Source: Ruditapes philippinarum (taxonomy: Eukaryota). Taken from it: a DNA stretch of 64,000 nucleotides. Both the position numbers and the translations under genes were made by a program. Positions within the stretch are counted from its first letter, which is position 1, and every line of letters begins with the position of its first letter. The notes under the pieces were generated by a model. It saw only the letters and a program-made list of their open reading frames with translations, was not told the origin of the DNA and did not search any database. The stretch covers positions 1 through 64,000 of the forward strand of contig NW_026853744.1 of NCBI RefSeq assembly GCF_026571515.1, read 5' to 3'. Positions 23,901 to 34,250 of the stretch are shown here, piece after piece.

Positions 23901-26900
23901 CATTTTAGGTGTTTAGTTTCCCTGTCTAGTGAGGTAATTGTGTTTATACAATCGATATCAAATGCTCAAGATTTCACATGATTAATGTTTCAATACTGCT
24001 CTGCTCTATCTTATGTAAATTTGTTGAAATAATTTCAAGAACTTAAAAAGAGATCTCAGGATACAATTTTTAGAGACGGACAGACAATCAGACGGAGGGC
24101 AACCTTAAGGCCCTGGTTGTCGCCAGTAAGGGACTAAAATGACAATTTGATAAACATCATCCGAATTGATATCTATCAGTATTTCAAGTTTTGTGGACAA
24201 ATATCTGATGCATGAAAATAGTAACAGACTTAAAGATTGCCATTGAACAAACACAATGAGGTTAAGTTAAATATATCGGTATTTTTGCAACATTTTAAGT
24301 CTATTTATTACCATAACAACCAGATGTCAGAAAATAAAATGATGTGTATAATCTCTATACTTCCAACTGTTCATGTTTTAAGCTTTGTTAAAAATAGTAT
24401 ATTCAAGATATAAACGGGCCTAAATGTATTGCAATTTTCTATATGCTATAAGGAAGAAAGAAAATGACGTCCATAATATATATATATCCGCGCAGTCTGA
24501 TCAGGATCCATGCTGTTCGCTTACAGACCCTATAACAAGTAAAGAAACTGATAGCGAACAGCATGGATACTGATCAGACTGCGCGGATGAGCAGGCTGGG
24601 TTGGATCCATGCTGATCGTAAACCCACTATGTTGGCTTTGTTATGACACAGCTCATATTTTATTCCATATTGAATCATAGTTACATCCATTTTTAGCAAA
24701 CGGTACTCTCCTCATTGAATTATCGCAATACAAAATATAAAGAAACACAGAGTTATTGTGATAAACAACTTTTTCCTTTTTATGTTTGCGAGTCATAACT
24801 TAACAGTTAAACAAAGGGATTTTATATGACTAACTGTAGGAGTAATAGAATGAAGTTTACTATATGATTTTTTTGCAAAGCATTTATACATTAATTAAAA
24901 CAGAAATAGGATTATAGGATTATTTTGTGATAACGAGGTAAAGTAAAACAGAGAAAGGTTTATATGAAAGGAATTATTTATTTTTTTTTCTTTTCGCTGT
25001 CAACTCAAATTCCGCCATTTTGAATGTATGTATCCTATGAGATACATATCTCCACAAAGGACAAAGTCACGCTCAAATCAATTGTAGATGGGAGTTGGAT
25101 ATTGGAAGGAAAAGGGAGGGGAGGGAGACAAAGCAATTAAAGAAAACAATAGAAATGTCAATAGTGTCAAAAATGTATTTTATTGATAGAGACTCGTTAA
25201 TGTAATTATTTATATAAATTGAATACAAATACATTATAAGACAACAAAAATGAATGATGCAATACTAAGAAAGGCACACACATCACTTTTCATAAATATC
25301 AAACAACAGAACGGCATAAACATGACAATGTAATTCATAATTGTGTATAAACTGTTCACATGTAAAGTATATATATTTATTCATTTTAGCTAGTAAAAAT
25401 TTTCTTCATTTTTATAAATGACATTCCGGCATGCGTTCAATATCACGCGTTACCAAAAGATATACGAACACACAATGTTATCTACAAAATCACTTAGCAA
25501 TGAATTTCACATTTCTAATGATTGAAAACACACAGCAGTCAATGCAGCCAAAATTAACGAGGCTATTATTTGCCGAGAAATAGCGGTATCATCACCGATT
25601 TACGCCGTGAATGGTGCTTCCTTCTACGACTCGATTTAATAGGTTGAATTCCCCATTTCATGTTCTTGCAGTCGCATCCTTCTACCGGAGGAAGAAAATC
25701 AAATATGCAGACGGGGCATTTGATACGGAAACATTCCGAATATTGCAACACACATAAACTCATGACAGCGAGGAACAATAGAGTTCTCATCATCTTTGAG
25801 TGTGATTTCAATCTAAAATGATAAAAAAAACATCTGCTATAAAAGACGGTATCTTCTTATTTAAAATCAATGTTTATTATTACAGAAATGTTAATGTGTT
25901 TATTTGCAAGTTTTGTATGCACTTAGAAATCTAAAAAAATGTTTCAAAACAGGTATTTTTTACAATTCTGATATGTAGTTTTGCCGATCCAGTCTCTCAA
26001 TTACAAAATCACATATAAACATAATTTGATCTAAGATGATAAATTATCTGGCACTCCTCTTTTTTTGCCAGTTTTTAAGCTAAAATTAAAATCTCAAGCG
26101 TTTGTTTTCCACAGGTATATTATATTTACATTAAAAACGTTTGTTTCATATTTACGAGTATATAGGTATTTTTTTTCTTCAAACAGTCTAAATACATGTA
26201 AACAAATATAGAATGTGCGTTTTTATAAGATACTAAACGTACTTTTTACATATATGAATGACACATGCAACTTCAAACTGTTTGCAAATAAAGGTATAAA
26301 CACATTCTTTTGAGTATATCAATAAAAATAATCAATGTGAAATTAATTTACATGTTAAATGCTCAAAATATTATCATATTTTTCTTAAAGGGACTCCACT
26401 GAGGTTTTTTGACTGGAAATAATTTTTTGAGAACATTACTCCATTTGATGTAGATCTATACTAATAACTTATGTGCAAAATTTCAGATCATTAGCTTGCT
26501 CCGTTTTTCCAGAATAATTATTATAATAGTGAAAAATGACCCAAAATTGAAAAGTGTTTAAACGCTTTTCACTCAAATCAGACTGAGAATAGCACAAACA
26601 TATGATTTTCAATGCATTTCTTCTATATTTCTTGGTTATATTTTATTAATATTTATGTTTTAAGCGCTCATGTTTATCTATGGAAAAAAATTTTCATGTT
26701 TTTAGGCTTATAAACCTCAGTGGAGTTCCTTTAAAATACTCTGTAAAAATGTAGAAGAAAACTTACCTGAATGCCTTTACTTCTGGACAAAAGCTCCAAA
26801 CCTCAGCTGACAATGACTTTTTCTTCTGATGAAGCGGCTATTTATGTGTTGTAGTCATTCATGAAGGACCAATCAAAATTTACGTCTTTGCCTATCCTTA

Positions 26901-29900
26901 GAAGTAAACTCGTTAATTTATCAAATTACCACCGCTTAGTGGAGGAAAACGCGGAAGGATGAAATTCCTTTCTACCAAACTTTATTCCTTTTTCTTTTTT
27001 TATTGATAATGCCATTACTTATGGTATGGTTGTCTTAATTAATTCTTGTAATTTTGAGATTTAATGTAAATCCTTTTATATTCTCGTACTATTTATTTCG
27101 CGAAAAAATGCCTGAATTATTTCGCGGATGCATAAGTTCGCGAAGGCAGAGACAGAATAAAATTCGCAATTTTCGTCGGATATGTTTTGGGAGCAAAAGG
27201 AAAGTGGAAAAATATGTTAGTAAATCTTGAAAACTTTATTAGTATGTGCACACATTATTTTTAAACGGTATTTGTATTCCTTATCAAACTAGTGCACCAT
27301 TCGGACAATTTTGAATCGGATTTAATTTTGTAAAATGTATGTTATGTTAAAGATAAACTATGCTCATCCTTGCGTAACATATTTTTATCAAAGAAATTTA
27401 CTAAAATATATGTAATTCTTACTGTAAATGTCCAATTTGAATAAAAGAATGAATAAATTATGTATTGTAAGCTGCGTTCCCTATAACAGGTCAAGTAAAA
27501 TTGGTCTTTTCTTTAAAAAATGCCAGTTTTTTTAATGATACTATATAAGTATACTATTAATAATTGTTACCACCTGCAGTGTGTAGAATTTTACACACAA
27601 CATATCTACTTTGTGTGAAGTTAAATCATAGTTATTTTATATTTACAAAGAAACTGTGTAGCAAGCATACATATTTTCAAATATGAAATTTGAGCATAGT
27701 ATATCTTTAAAAAATACGCGGCACCATGATTTCGCGACGCAAACGATCCGTGAATGGTAGCGAAAACTGAAACATTGCACATAATACTGAATTTACAGTT
27801 TATATTCAAAATTTAATGATAATAACTAAATATATCATGGAAAATAGATTTCTTGAAAGGTTTATATTCCTAAAAATACGCACAGAAGTTAATTTCTGAG
27901 TAAAGTGTACTCTCAGAAATATATATAAAAATAGATGAACGCTTTGACTTAGTATTTGATTGGCAAAGAGGAGTATTCCGATTGTTTGTACCACCATGAG
28001 TATAAATTATAGAAACTAGGAGGTATAAAAAAACAACGAATCGGGTCTTGACTGGATATTTCTCTATAGTTGAAGACTAAATGTTAATTCTCAACATGGT
28101 ATCAGTCCATGAATATGTAATGATATGTTTGAAATAATGTATTTTTGTAGATTAACTGATTTTTGTATTAAATTGTAACCGGCCTGAATGTGACTCACTC
28201 CTTTTTGTTTTCATTGTAACTTTGAAATCATTTCATGACAAAGCAGAAAATTGCAGGTTAATACAGGTACAGATTTGCAAAACACTTACAAGTTCGTTAA
28301 ATGGCTGTCGTTCAGCGATCAATAAAAAAATAAAACAAAACAAACATACAATAAATGCACAAATAATTCAGTTAGTAACAAACCAATATAAGTTCATTCT
28401 AACAATTGAACTTACGTTAGATGTAATGTGTACAAAGGAACGGATGATACAGATTTTAAAAGGAAAATTCATGCTTCTATTGTTAATTCAAATTATCAAA
28501 ATGTACGGAAATTCCGTCGGAACTGTATAAAATGTACGGAAATTCCGTCGGAACTGTATAAAACAGGCGTGTTTGTTTATTCCGTAAGAGCCAATAACAT
28601 ATGTACGAAATCATTGAACCTTGCATTAAAATAACACTATATTTATTTTTTGTTCCGTAAATATTTTATCCTGTTTACTTTCAATATGGGTAGTAAATAA
28701 CAGAGACGTTGTATATGAGAATCGACTATAAATTTATGTAAACTACATAATTTTACCGTATATTTATACTCCTTAAATATAGATATGATATAGCCTTATA
28801 CGCGTTAAAGCTACAGGCCTCCAGATAGATGAGCTGCTTTTTAAAAACAAAAATGAGAAACATGTACTACGATTTTAGGAAAGGTAATAAAATTCAAGAT
28901 TCAAGTAATAATTTATATGTTGTGTGCGGTTAATGACTGATTTTTCAGTATTTACATCTATATTTCTACTGCGTTACTAACGCAGTAAGAGCTATTTTAC
29001 GTATTTTGACATATTTTTGGTGGTTTACATACATTACGAGTGTCATTTATAATGTGTAAATTGCTTCCGTTTGGTTACTTCACAATAATATACTTTTAAA
29101 TACATTTGCTGCTTACAACTAAACATTTCTTTAATGAAATACAAAATAAAGTGTTGATTTTTTTTACAAAAGAAAGGCAGTATTTTAAATTGAAAAATCA
29201 CTATTATTCAGACAAGTAAATTGATTTAGTGTTTAAAATTATTTATATAAATGGTCTCGCGCACATTGGTTACTGTTGTAATTTTGTAAATGCTTACTAG
29301 GGGAATTCTATTTTAAAGTCACTGCAAACACTAACCTTAATACAAAATAAAATCTGATGTTAAACCATCCAAAAGGTACCATAGACAGCACTAGACAGTC
29401 AAGGAAATAACATCATTTTCAACCTCAGATTTCAAATTTGTCTCTGTCTATGCATGGGAGGGGATACCTCCCCTAGACGCACCCCAATCACCTACATTTT
29501 TCTTTATTCTATTCTTATCGTCTAAACATGCGTACAAAATAAAATGTTTTCTGATAAGGTGAGCTATAAAAGAATCTATTACAATTTTTGTCACATGAAC
29601 AAGATGCCGGCCCAATCTTCAAACATGCGCACTTTTCCCCTATCGCATTGTTTTTCTTTTGTGTTTTGTATATGGTACCTTTTGGATGGTTTAACATCTT
29701 CCACCCACATTCCAGCTTCGCAGCTAACCTTGTTCTGTATCCGCCACTGTTTAAGCAAATTGATTTTGTGAAGAATTAATTTCTCATTTGATTAGTAAAT
29801 TATGTACATCATATAATAATTAATATTGAAATCAGACTAAAGAAAATTTAAAATTAAATTTCTACAGAAATGTGTTTTTCCCCCATCAGATATAATATTA

Positions 29901-32332
29901 TAACATTCTTTTATATTGTATTTGCAGGTTAAGATACAATACTTATTGTTCGTTCATACAAAATGTCTAAAATAGACCATGTTCATAAAGTGTGTAAGCA
30001 ATGTAAGAATATCCACAATTAAGACCACCCCACAATTTAGACCACTTTGGTCAAGTCCTGATGGTGGTCTTAATTGAGGGGTTTTACTGTATAATGTTTT
30101 AATTATTTATTTGGACTCAACTGATGTTTTTAGACATTACGGGGCTGAAAATACATTCCCGATATTTGTGTTACAGTTGATTTAGGTCTTTTTCTATAAC
30201 TTGTTTGCAAATTTTAGCTCATTCCCTCGTCCTGTATTTTTCTATTGTGAAAAATAGCCCAAAAAGTAAAAGGTTGCAACGCTTTTTTCTCAAATTTGGC
30301 TAATAATGACATGTCTTTGCAGATTTTAAATATTTAGCGTTCACTTGATTTTTGTAAAAACAATTAATTTAATGGTTTTTTTTATTGCTTTAGATCTCCA
30401 TCAAGTCATATTTACTTATAAATTATGATAACATTAAACAATTAAAAATGAAAATGTTGATTTGATACAAAAGTTTTTAACATATAATATCTCGATTATT
30501 CTTTTTCATGCGCCATTAATTTTTACAACTGTCATATAGATCTACATGTATTATCATTAATATAGACACACGCGTTAGGTTCATGTGCGTGCACATGAAT
30601 TCAGTTAACTTTATCATGTACAATGTTTCTCACTCCACTGATCTTGTATTTAATCAATTCGATCATTTTAAAAGTTTTGAGACATTACCACTTAATGTCG
30701 TGTGATATAGTTATAATTACGATTGTTACATTCGCACGCTTCACCGCTTCTATCATTTAGAAATCGTTCCAAATTCAAATAATTTATTTTGTGGTAGCAA
30801 TGTTTTTACACTGTAAATGTTACAAAACTGAAATAAGCAAGTATAAAAGAAATATCGTGGAAGAAAATCTCTCGGGACTTGAAAATATTAGTACATATCT
30901 TTTAAATATTTTGAATATTTTTGCTAAAATTATTATTTCTGCTTTTAATAATGGCTGATTGTCCAAAATTTCGAGACTGATAATGAGAAGGATTGTTTCA
31001 CTTTTGCTTTTTTTGTTTCCTAAAATCGCCTATTTTCTTGTTGTTTTTTTTTTCTTCTTCTTATTTTTTTTTTTTAGCAATCATAAAGTTTGCCAAGCTT
31101 ACACATAAATTACCTACCCTTGAAACTATCTGAAATCAATTTAAATGGCAGAAGACTTGAAAACGAGGTAGGAGGCCCATCTCAAAATTTTTCTGTTATC
31201 GTATTCTAAGATCATCCAAGGTGTTAGAATAATCTGCTATAAGATTTCCATTTTGCTATATGCTACAACGAACTTAAATCACATACCTTTCTGAAAAAAT
31301 TAATACAGATTTTAACGTGGATCTCTTAAAGATATGTTGAGCCTCAGACATGTGCACGAGTTATCTCTGAAGAAAAGACAAATTTAAAGAAATCGGTGTT
31401 CAGTGAGTGAGAAAAAAGAAGTGTTATAAATTTTCGTAAACAACCAATGGACAAATGGCAAAACATAATAATTCAAAAGATGGTTTAGTTATATGGTTAA
31501 TGTGTATCATTTCGGGATCCTTAATAAGATGTGCAATGAGGTACATTTTATTTGGACATTTAGCGGTAAAATCATGTATGAATGCAATATTATTAGTCCT
31601 GAAGGAATTCACAATATTTCTTGCTGCATGGCTAACGTCATACGGCATTATCCTGTTGTTGGCATTGTTTTGGTGTGTCATCCAAGATTCTCATTTCGGT
31701 AGCGTTGGACATTCAAATTAACGCCGATCACCACGAGAGGTGTTAGATAATTATGCGCAATACCTGCCCAGACCAAGACAGAACCTCCGCCCAATAAACG
31801 ATCTCGTTCAGTAGTCAACAGTCGGCATAGCGTTCATAACTTCTTTTTGTTTTTTCCGCCCAAAGCAGATCATGAAAAGTCGCTTCGTATAGGTACGAAA
31901 TGTAAAACTGGAAATGACTTCCTAACGGAAGTTACGTCGGCATAAACATAAACGAGATCAATAATAACATTATCAATTTCTTTTTCAGGCAGGTGCATGG
32001 TTATCATAATACATTCCACACAAAATTGATTTCTTTATGACATTTTATATATATATATGTCAAAAACATTTACTACGTATTAATTAAAACGACACCAGTC
32101 GCTTTTTGTGTCACGGTTCAGAACTGTTCACTATTTTGTGTGAGCGACCGGATGGCTCAGCCGGTACAGTCGCGGAGCGGTGTTCATATAAGAAAACAGA
32201 ATATCACACGACCGCTCTAATGAGTGGACGGTATTGTAATAAGTCTTAACACAATTTTCTATGTAAATAATGGTTTATTAAGAAATAAAAAAATTCTGAT
32301 CAATTTGAATTAGCACTTTGATTTTTTTCTTC

Positions 32333-32368
<36 letters not shown>

Positions 32369-32896
32369 GGCCATTCCGAACCTAATCGGAATGAATCTTA
32401 AAATGTAAACTATTGTTTATCGTCAAATGCCCGCCACACCTAACACACACACGAATACACACAAAAACCATAAAATCAAGACAGTTTAGGTTCACCTCAC
32501 ACATTTTGCAACTCTGCTTATCGGGTGGTCGATCTTTCTACCAACATAAACTTTAGTTAAATTCTGTATATTCATAATCAAAAATAACAAAATGTTTACA
32601 AAATTGATGCATATTGAGGCGAAAATTATCAAAAACTTACCGCCACCGTTCCTGAAGCAAAAATAAGGAAAACGCCAAATATTCCCTAAACCGACTGTAT
32701 ATCCTACAATGGAGAGTACAAACTCAAACTGGCCGCTCCAAGTTTCCCTTTTCGTTCGACCATTTGTATTATCGTCCATTGAATGTCCTGTATTATCACT
32801 ATCAATTTCGACAAAAGCATGGCTAAAGCTTTCGCTTTCTTTTTCGTCATCTTCAAATGTTCTCATGACATTTAAATTTGATACCTCCTCAGCCAT
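5783..32896 (-). CDS. SLC6/NSS family Na+-dependent transporter (amino-acid type, glycine/proline-transporter-like); 14 coding exons, 632 aa
   Basis: Exons 32641-32896, 23173-23304, 22358-22510, 20358-20448, 19563-19695, 19126-19260, 18758-18861, 17951-18075, 17599-17711, 16854-16985, 11895-11994, 11307-11407, 8144-8317, 5783-5932. All GT-AG, phases compatible, total 1899 nt. Motifs [69 protein letters not shown]; exon sizes 135/104/125/113/100/101 are typical of SLC6 genes. Confidence 0.95.
6045..7620. repeat. 30/31-bp minisatellite (~50 units) in SLC6 intron 13
   Basis: Unit ~CAATCGCTGAAATGAAGACATATACTTTAG; homogeneous 30-bp core ~6270-7170, more diverged 31-bp units at both edges. Confidence 0.95.
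8144..8317 (-). CDS. SLC6 exon 13 (TM12)
   Basis: tttcag|[58 protein letters not shown]|gtaagt; 174 nt. Confidence 0.9.
8756..9748 (+). CDS. N-truncated Gypsy integrase ORF (330 aa)
   Basis: [51 protein letters not shown]...KW...PY (GPY/F module); lacks HHCC and the first catalytic Asp. Confidence 0.85.
   Translation: MYTAKILFDDFIVHYGFPGRIHSDQGQNFESHLIKELCSLAGIEKTRTTPYHAMGNGMVERFNQTLLKMLGTLEEHQKSDWKAHVPSLVHAYNATRHESVGFSPYFLMFGRHPRLAIDAFLGLPTDGLSSSIHSEYVIKLNDRLRSAYAKARETAVKTSATNKAYYDQKARSSVLQPGDRVLVRNVSIRGKQKLADKWEHSPYIVVSQPLEDIPVYEVKKEGSRFKKTRTLHRNLLLPFMSISDVPVEDKQMELDIVNDSGDLQTDVDVTDAEHVSVENGMNLNNDCSFSHSDISISGEHDDDEIQPEQSSRPVRTRRQPNWMSTGDWKL
10365..11038 (+). repeat. 3' LTR (674 bp) with an internal 92-bp direct repeat
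   Basis: TG...CA ends; 10590-10681 equals 10863-10954, each containing AATAAA. Confidence 0.88.
11307..11407 (-). CDS. SLC6 exon 12 (TM11)
   Basis: ttgtag|[33 protein letters not shown]|gtaatg; 101 nt. Confidence 0.92.
11895..11994 (-). CDS. SLC6 exon 11 (TM10)
   Basis: ttacag|[34 protein letters not shown]|gtaatt; 100 nt. Confidence 0.93.
13595..14341. repeat. Cluster of a ~270-bp interspersed repeat: diverged inverted copy 13595-13857, copy 13938-14210, partial tandem copy 14221-14341
   Basis: Shared gcattaatcacaacaaaattac...gtgcaacatccctca; another copy at 46087-46305. Confidence 0.75.
14370..14900 (+). pseudogene. Penelope-like retroelement RT relic
   Basis: Frameshifted translation [12 protein letters not shown]...CPSELK.NK.NSS..FLDLNI...LIRFARIC fits the PLE RT YxDD-to-thumb pattern; boundaries approximate. 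Confidence 0.6.
16854..16985 (-). CDS. SLC6 exon 10 (TM8-TM9)
   Basis: tttcag|[44 protein letters not shown]|gtaagt; 132 nt. Confidence 0.92.
17118..17396 (-). mobile_element. tRNA-derived SINE (Meta-type core), young copy
   Basis: A box TGGCCGAGTGG, B box GGTTCGAATCC, core CAGGTGCCC...GGGCACCTGAGGTCTTCCTCCACCA, A-rich tail; ~10-bp TSD attcttaaat/atttttaaat. Confidence 0.85.
17599..17711 (-). CDS. SLC6 exon 9 (EL4, TM8)
   Basis: ttccag|[38 protein letters not shown]|gtttg; 113 nt. Confidence 0.93.
17951..18075 (-). CDS. SLC6 exon 8 (TM7)
   Basis: tttaag|[41 protein letters not shown]|gtagg; 125 nt. Confidence 0.93.
18278..18526 (-). mobile_element. Older, diverged copy of the same SINE family
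   Basis: Colinear similarity to 17118-17396 (ccgtgcattatttc, gtaagctagctggat, cttaaccac). Confidence 0.75.
18758..18861 (-). CDS. SLC6 exon 7 (TM6)
   Basis: ttatag|[35 protein letters not shown]|gtaagt; 104 nt. Confidence 0.93.
19126..19260 (-). CDS. SLC6 exon 6 (TM5)
   Basis: aaag|[45 protein letters not shown]|gtatt; 135 nt. Confidence 0.93.
19563..19695 (-). CDS. SLC6 exon 5 (TM4)
   Basis: ttccag|[44 protein letters not shown]|gttgg; 133 nt. Confidence 0.93.
19839..20145. mobile_element. TTAA-flanked MITE (Kolobok-like), family copy 2, opposite orientation to 111-416
   Basis: TTAA|GGAACTCAACTGAG ... CTCAGTAGTGTCCCT|TTAA. Confidence 0.6.
20358..20448 (-). CDS. SLC6 exon 4 (EL2, glycosylated loop)
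   Basis: tttcag|[31 protein letters not shown]|gtgagt; three NxS/T sequons; 91 nt. Confidence 0.9.
20535..20665 (-). mobile_element. tRNA-like SINE head fragment
   Basis: Minus strand has gctcaataattagagc and B box GGTTCGATTCTC; stems too degraded for a tRNA gene. Confidence 0.45.
22358..22510 (-). CDS. SLC6 exon 3 (TM3, EL2 disulfide)
   Basis: tttcag|..[50 protein letters not shown]|gtagg; 153 nt. Confidence 0.93.
23173..23304 (-). CDS. SLC6 exon 2 (TM2)
   Basis: ttgcag|[45 protein letters not shown]|gtac; 132 nt. Confidence 0.93.
24487..24655. repeat. Hairpin-forming MITE-like repeat fragment
   Basis: 35-bp inverted repeat 24487-24521 / 24553-24587 with 1 mismatch, plus a partial third copy at ~24590-24615. 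Confidence 0.7.
25179..25184 (-). terminator. Candidate polyA signal of the nested peptide gene
   Basis: AATAAA on minus strand ~380 nt after the stop, followed by T/GT-rich sequence. Confidence 0.5.
25566..25793 (-). CDS. Nested gene: 75-aa secreted peptide precursor
   Basis: [75 protein letters not shown], then TAA TAG; acceptor ttttttttatcattttag| 19 nt before the ATG; GC-richer than flanks. Confidence 0.8.
   Translation of the reverse strand: MMRTLLFLAVMSLCVLQYSECFRIKCPVCIFDFLPPVEGCDCKNMKWGIQPIKSSRRRKHHSRRKSVMIPLFLGK
26389..26730. mobile_element. TTAA-flanked MITE (Kolobok-like), family copy 3, inside the nested gene's intron
   Basis: TTAA|AGGGACTCCACTGAGGTT ... AACCTCAGTGGAGTTCCT|TTAA; 18-bp TIR, 1 mismatch. 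Confidence 0.8.
26767..26814 (-). other. Predicted non-coding exon 1 of the nested peptide gene
   Basis: Consensus donor CAG|GTAAGT at 26767/26766; begins at Inr-like TCATT. Confidence 0.6.
26812..26873 (-). promoter_or_regulatory. Pol II core promoter of the nested gene
   Basis: CATAAATA (26846-26839) at about -32 to -25 from Inr TCA+1TT (26814); CCAAT box at 26869-26873. Confidence 0.55.
29356..29698. repeat. 343-bp segment bounded by a perfect 28-bp inverted repeat (MITE-like)
   Basis: GATGTTAAACCATCCAAAAGGTACCATA at 29356-29383 and its exact reverse complement at 29671-29698. Confidence 0.7.
31470..31865 (-). pseudogene. Tc1/mariner transposase relic
   Basis: Broken translation [44 protein letters not shown] ... 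[27 protein letters not shown] fits the Tc1 DD34E region. Confidence 0.75.
32334..32368. repeat. (ATT)n microsatellite
   Basis: About 11 TTA units. Confidence 0.9.
32641..32896 (-). CDS. SLC6 coding exon 1 (N-terminus, TM1)
   Basis: ATG at 32896; MAEEV...[36 protein letters not shown]; donor G|GTAAGT. Confidence 0.93.
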
Positions 32897-33039
32897 TTCA
32901 ATACAACTTAATAGAGTCGTTATTTAAATAAAATGGATGATTATTTGAAACAGCATATCTGCTAACTGTTCACAAATGCCTTCAAATACATACTAACCTG
33001 TCTGAATTATAGCCCGTGTACTGTTGTTTTTTTCTCGAT

Positions 33040-34250
33040 AGACAAGAAAGTCCTGATTGGCCTAAATCCATCACCTGATATCCAATGCTTTGTCAATATT
33101 TTGAGAGTAATTATTACAGAAGTAATTAGATGATATTATGTCATCTTTACACAATTGCCTGATTTATAAATCATTGATAGATTTCAACTAACAAATGCTG
33201 CTTTGTAGTTTTCGTGGTTTCATAAAAAATCTATGGACGGTTCAATTTGGCCATGATGCCGAGGTTTTTAGTGGACCTCAAGGTGTTGCTAAATATCTAA
33301 GTGTTTGTAAATCCTTTTTGTATCAAAGTGACATGGCTGATTTAAATTTTGTAGAGGTCCACTACGCAAAGCTTAGTGCCAAAATATCTAAACTCTGGGC
33401 ATTAAATTTTCAAAACAGAAGTTTTGATAACACTTTATAGCCTAAGTAACCCAGGTGCGGGGTCAATTTTGACCCTAGGTCAATGGTTCATATGACTGTT
33501 TTACAAGAGCACAAGTTGGTGATTCATGATAAATATCTAAGCTGCTGTAGTTAAGGAGAAGAAGAAGTTAAAGACATTTTAAAAATGAAGGGGTGAATTT
33601 TATTAACATCTGCAGAAGCACGAGATCGCTTTTCAAGTCCGGGCTTGCAGTGCGATGTATTTAATAAATGCGAGAACTTCTGCGAAATAAAGACTTATAT
33701 AATGTAGGCCTATGTAGATGTCTACCAGGCAATTCTGTATATCAAACAATCTAAGCTCTGGGCTTAGTCGTTTACTTAAGTCTTTATAGACTAGATAACA
33801 TCGGAATGGGGCCAATTTTGACCTCCGTGGCATGTTTTCTATAAATTATGTAAAGGACCACAAGTTGGTTGATGTTTCATGCTAAATATCTAAGCAGTGG
33901 ACATTGTACTTAAGGAAAAATATTTTAAGAATTTTTGGAATACACGCTTATATCTCATACACTGTGTTTTGTCCCAGAGCGGGGTCATTTTTATTCCCAG
34001 GAGCATTACACTTATAACGTTAGAGGAGGCCCAATATGTGATGTTTCAAGCTACAAGAAAGGGTTTATAAAAAAAAATCATAGGTAATTTTTTTAATTGT
34101 TTTGTATAGGGTTACAAAAGGATCATTGATATAAAGTTTGGTCAACATCCACCATCTGGCTAAGGAGGATATTTTATTTGAAGAAATAGTTCAAATCGAT
34201 TCACAACATAATAAAACATCTGAGCACTTTTCGCTCAACTGAACTAAGCT
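33040..34250 (+). mobile_element. Degraded HINE-like element just upstream of SLC6 coding exon 1
   Basis: acaag...tcacctga start, decayed ggggccaattttgacc / gctaaatatctaagc units like those at 54792-56660, ends ctgagc...gctcaactgaactaa. Confidence 0.55.

Noticed and set aside
25794-25811. TTG start of the 81-aa ORF in the track
   Set aside because: Lies just after the splice acceptor; the first ATG at 25793 gives a proper signal peptide
26826-26870. CTGATGA as a hammerhead ribozyme core
   Set aside because: No properly placed GAAA or stems; no hammerhead core was spotted near the Penelope relic either
28499-28561. 30-bp tandem duplication with a small hairpin, and overlapping ORFs 28222-28634
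   Set aside because: Simple local duplication; the ORFs have AT-rich non-coding composition and no motifs
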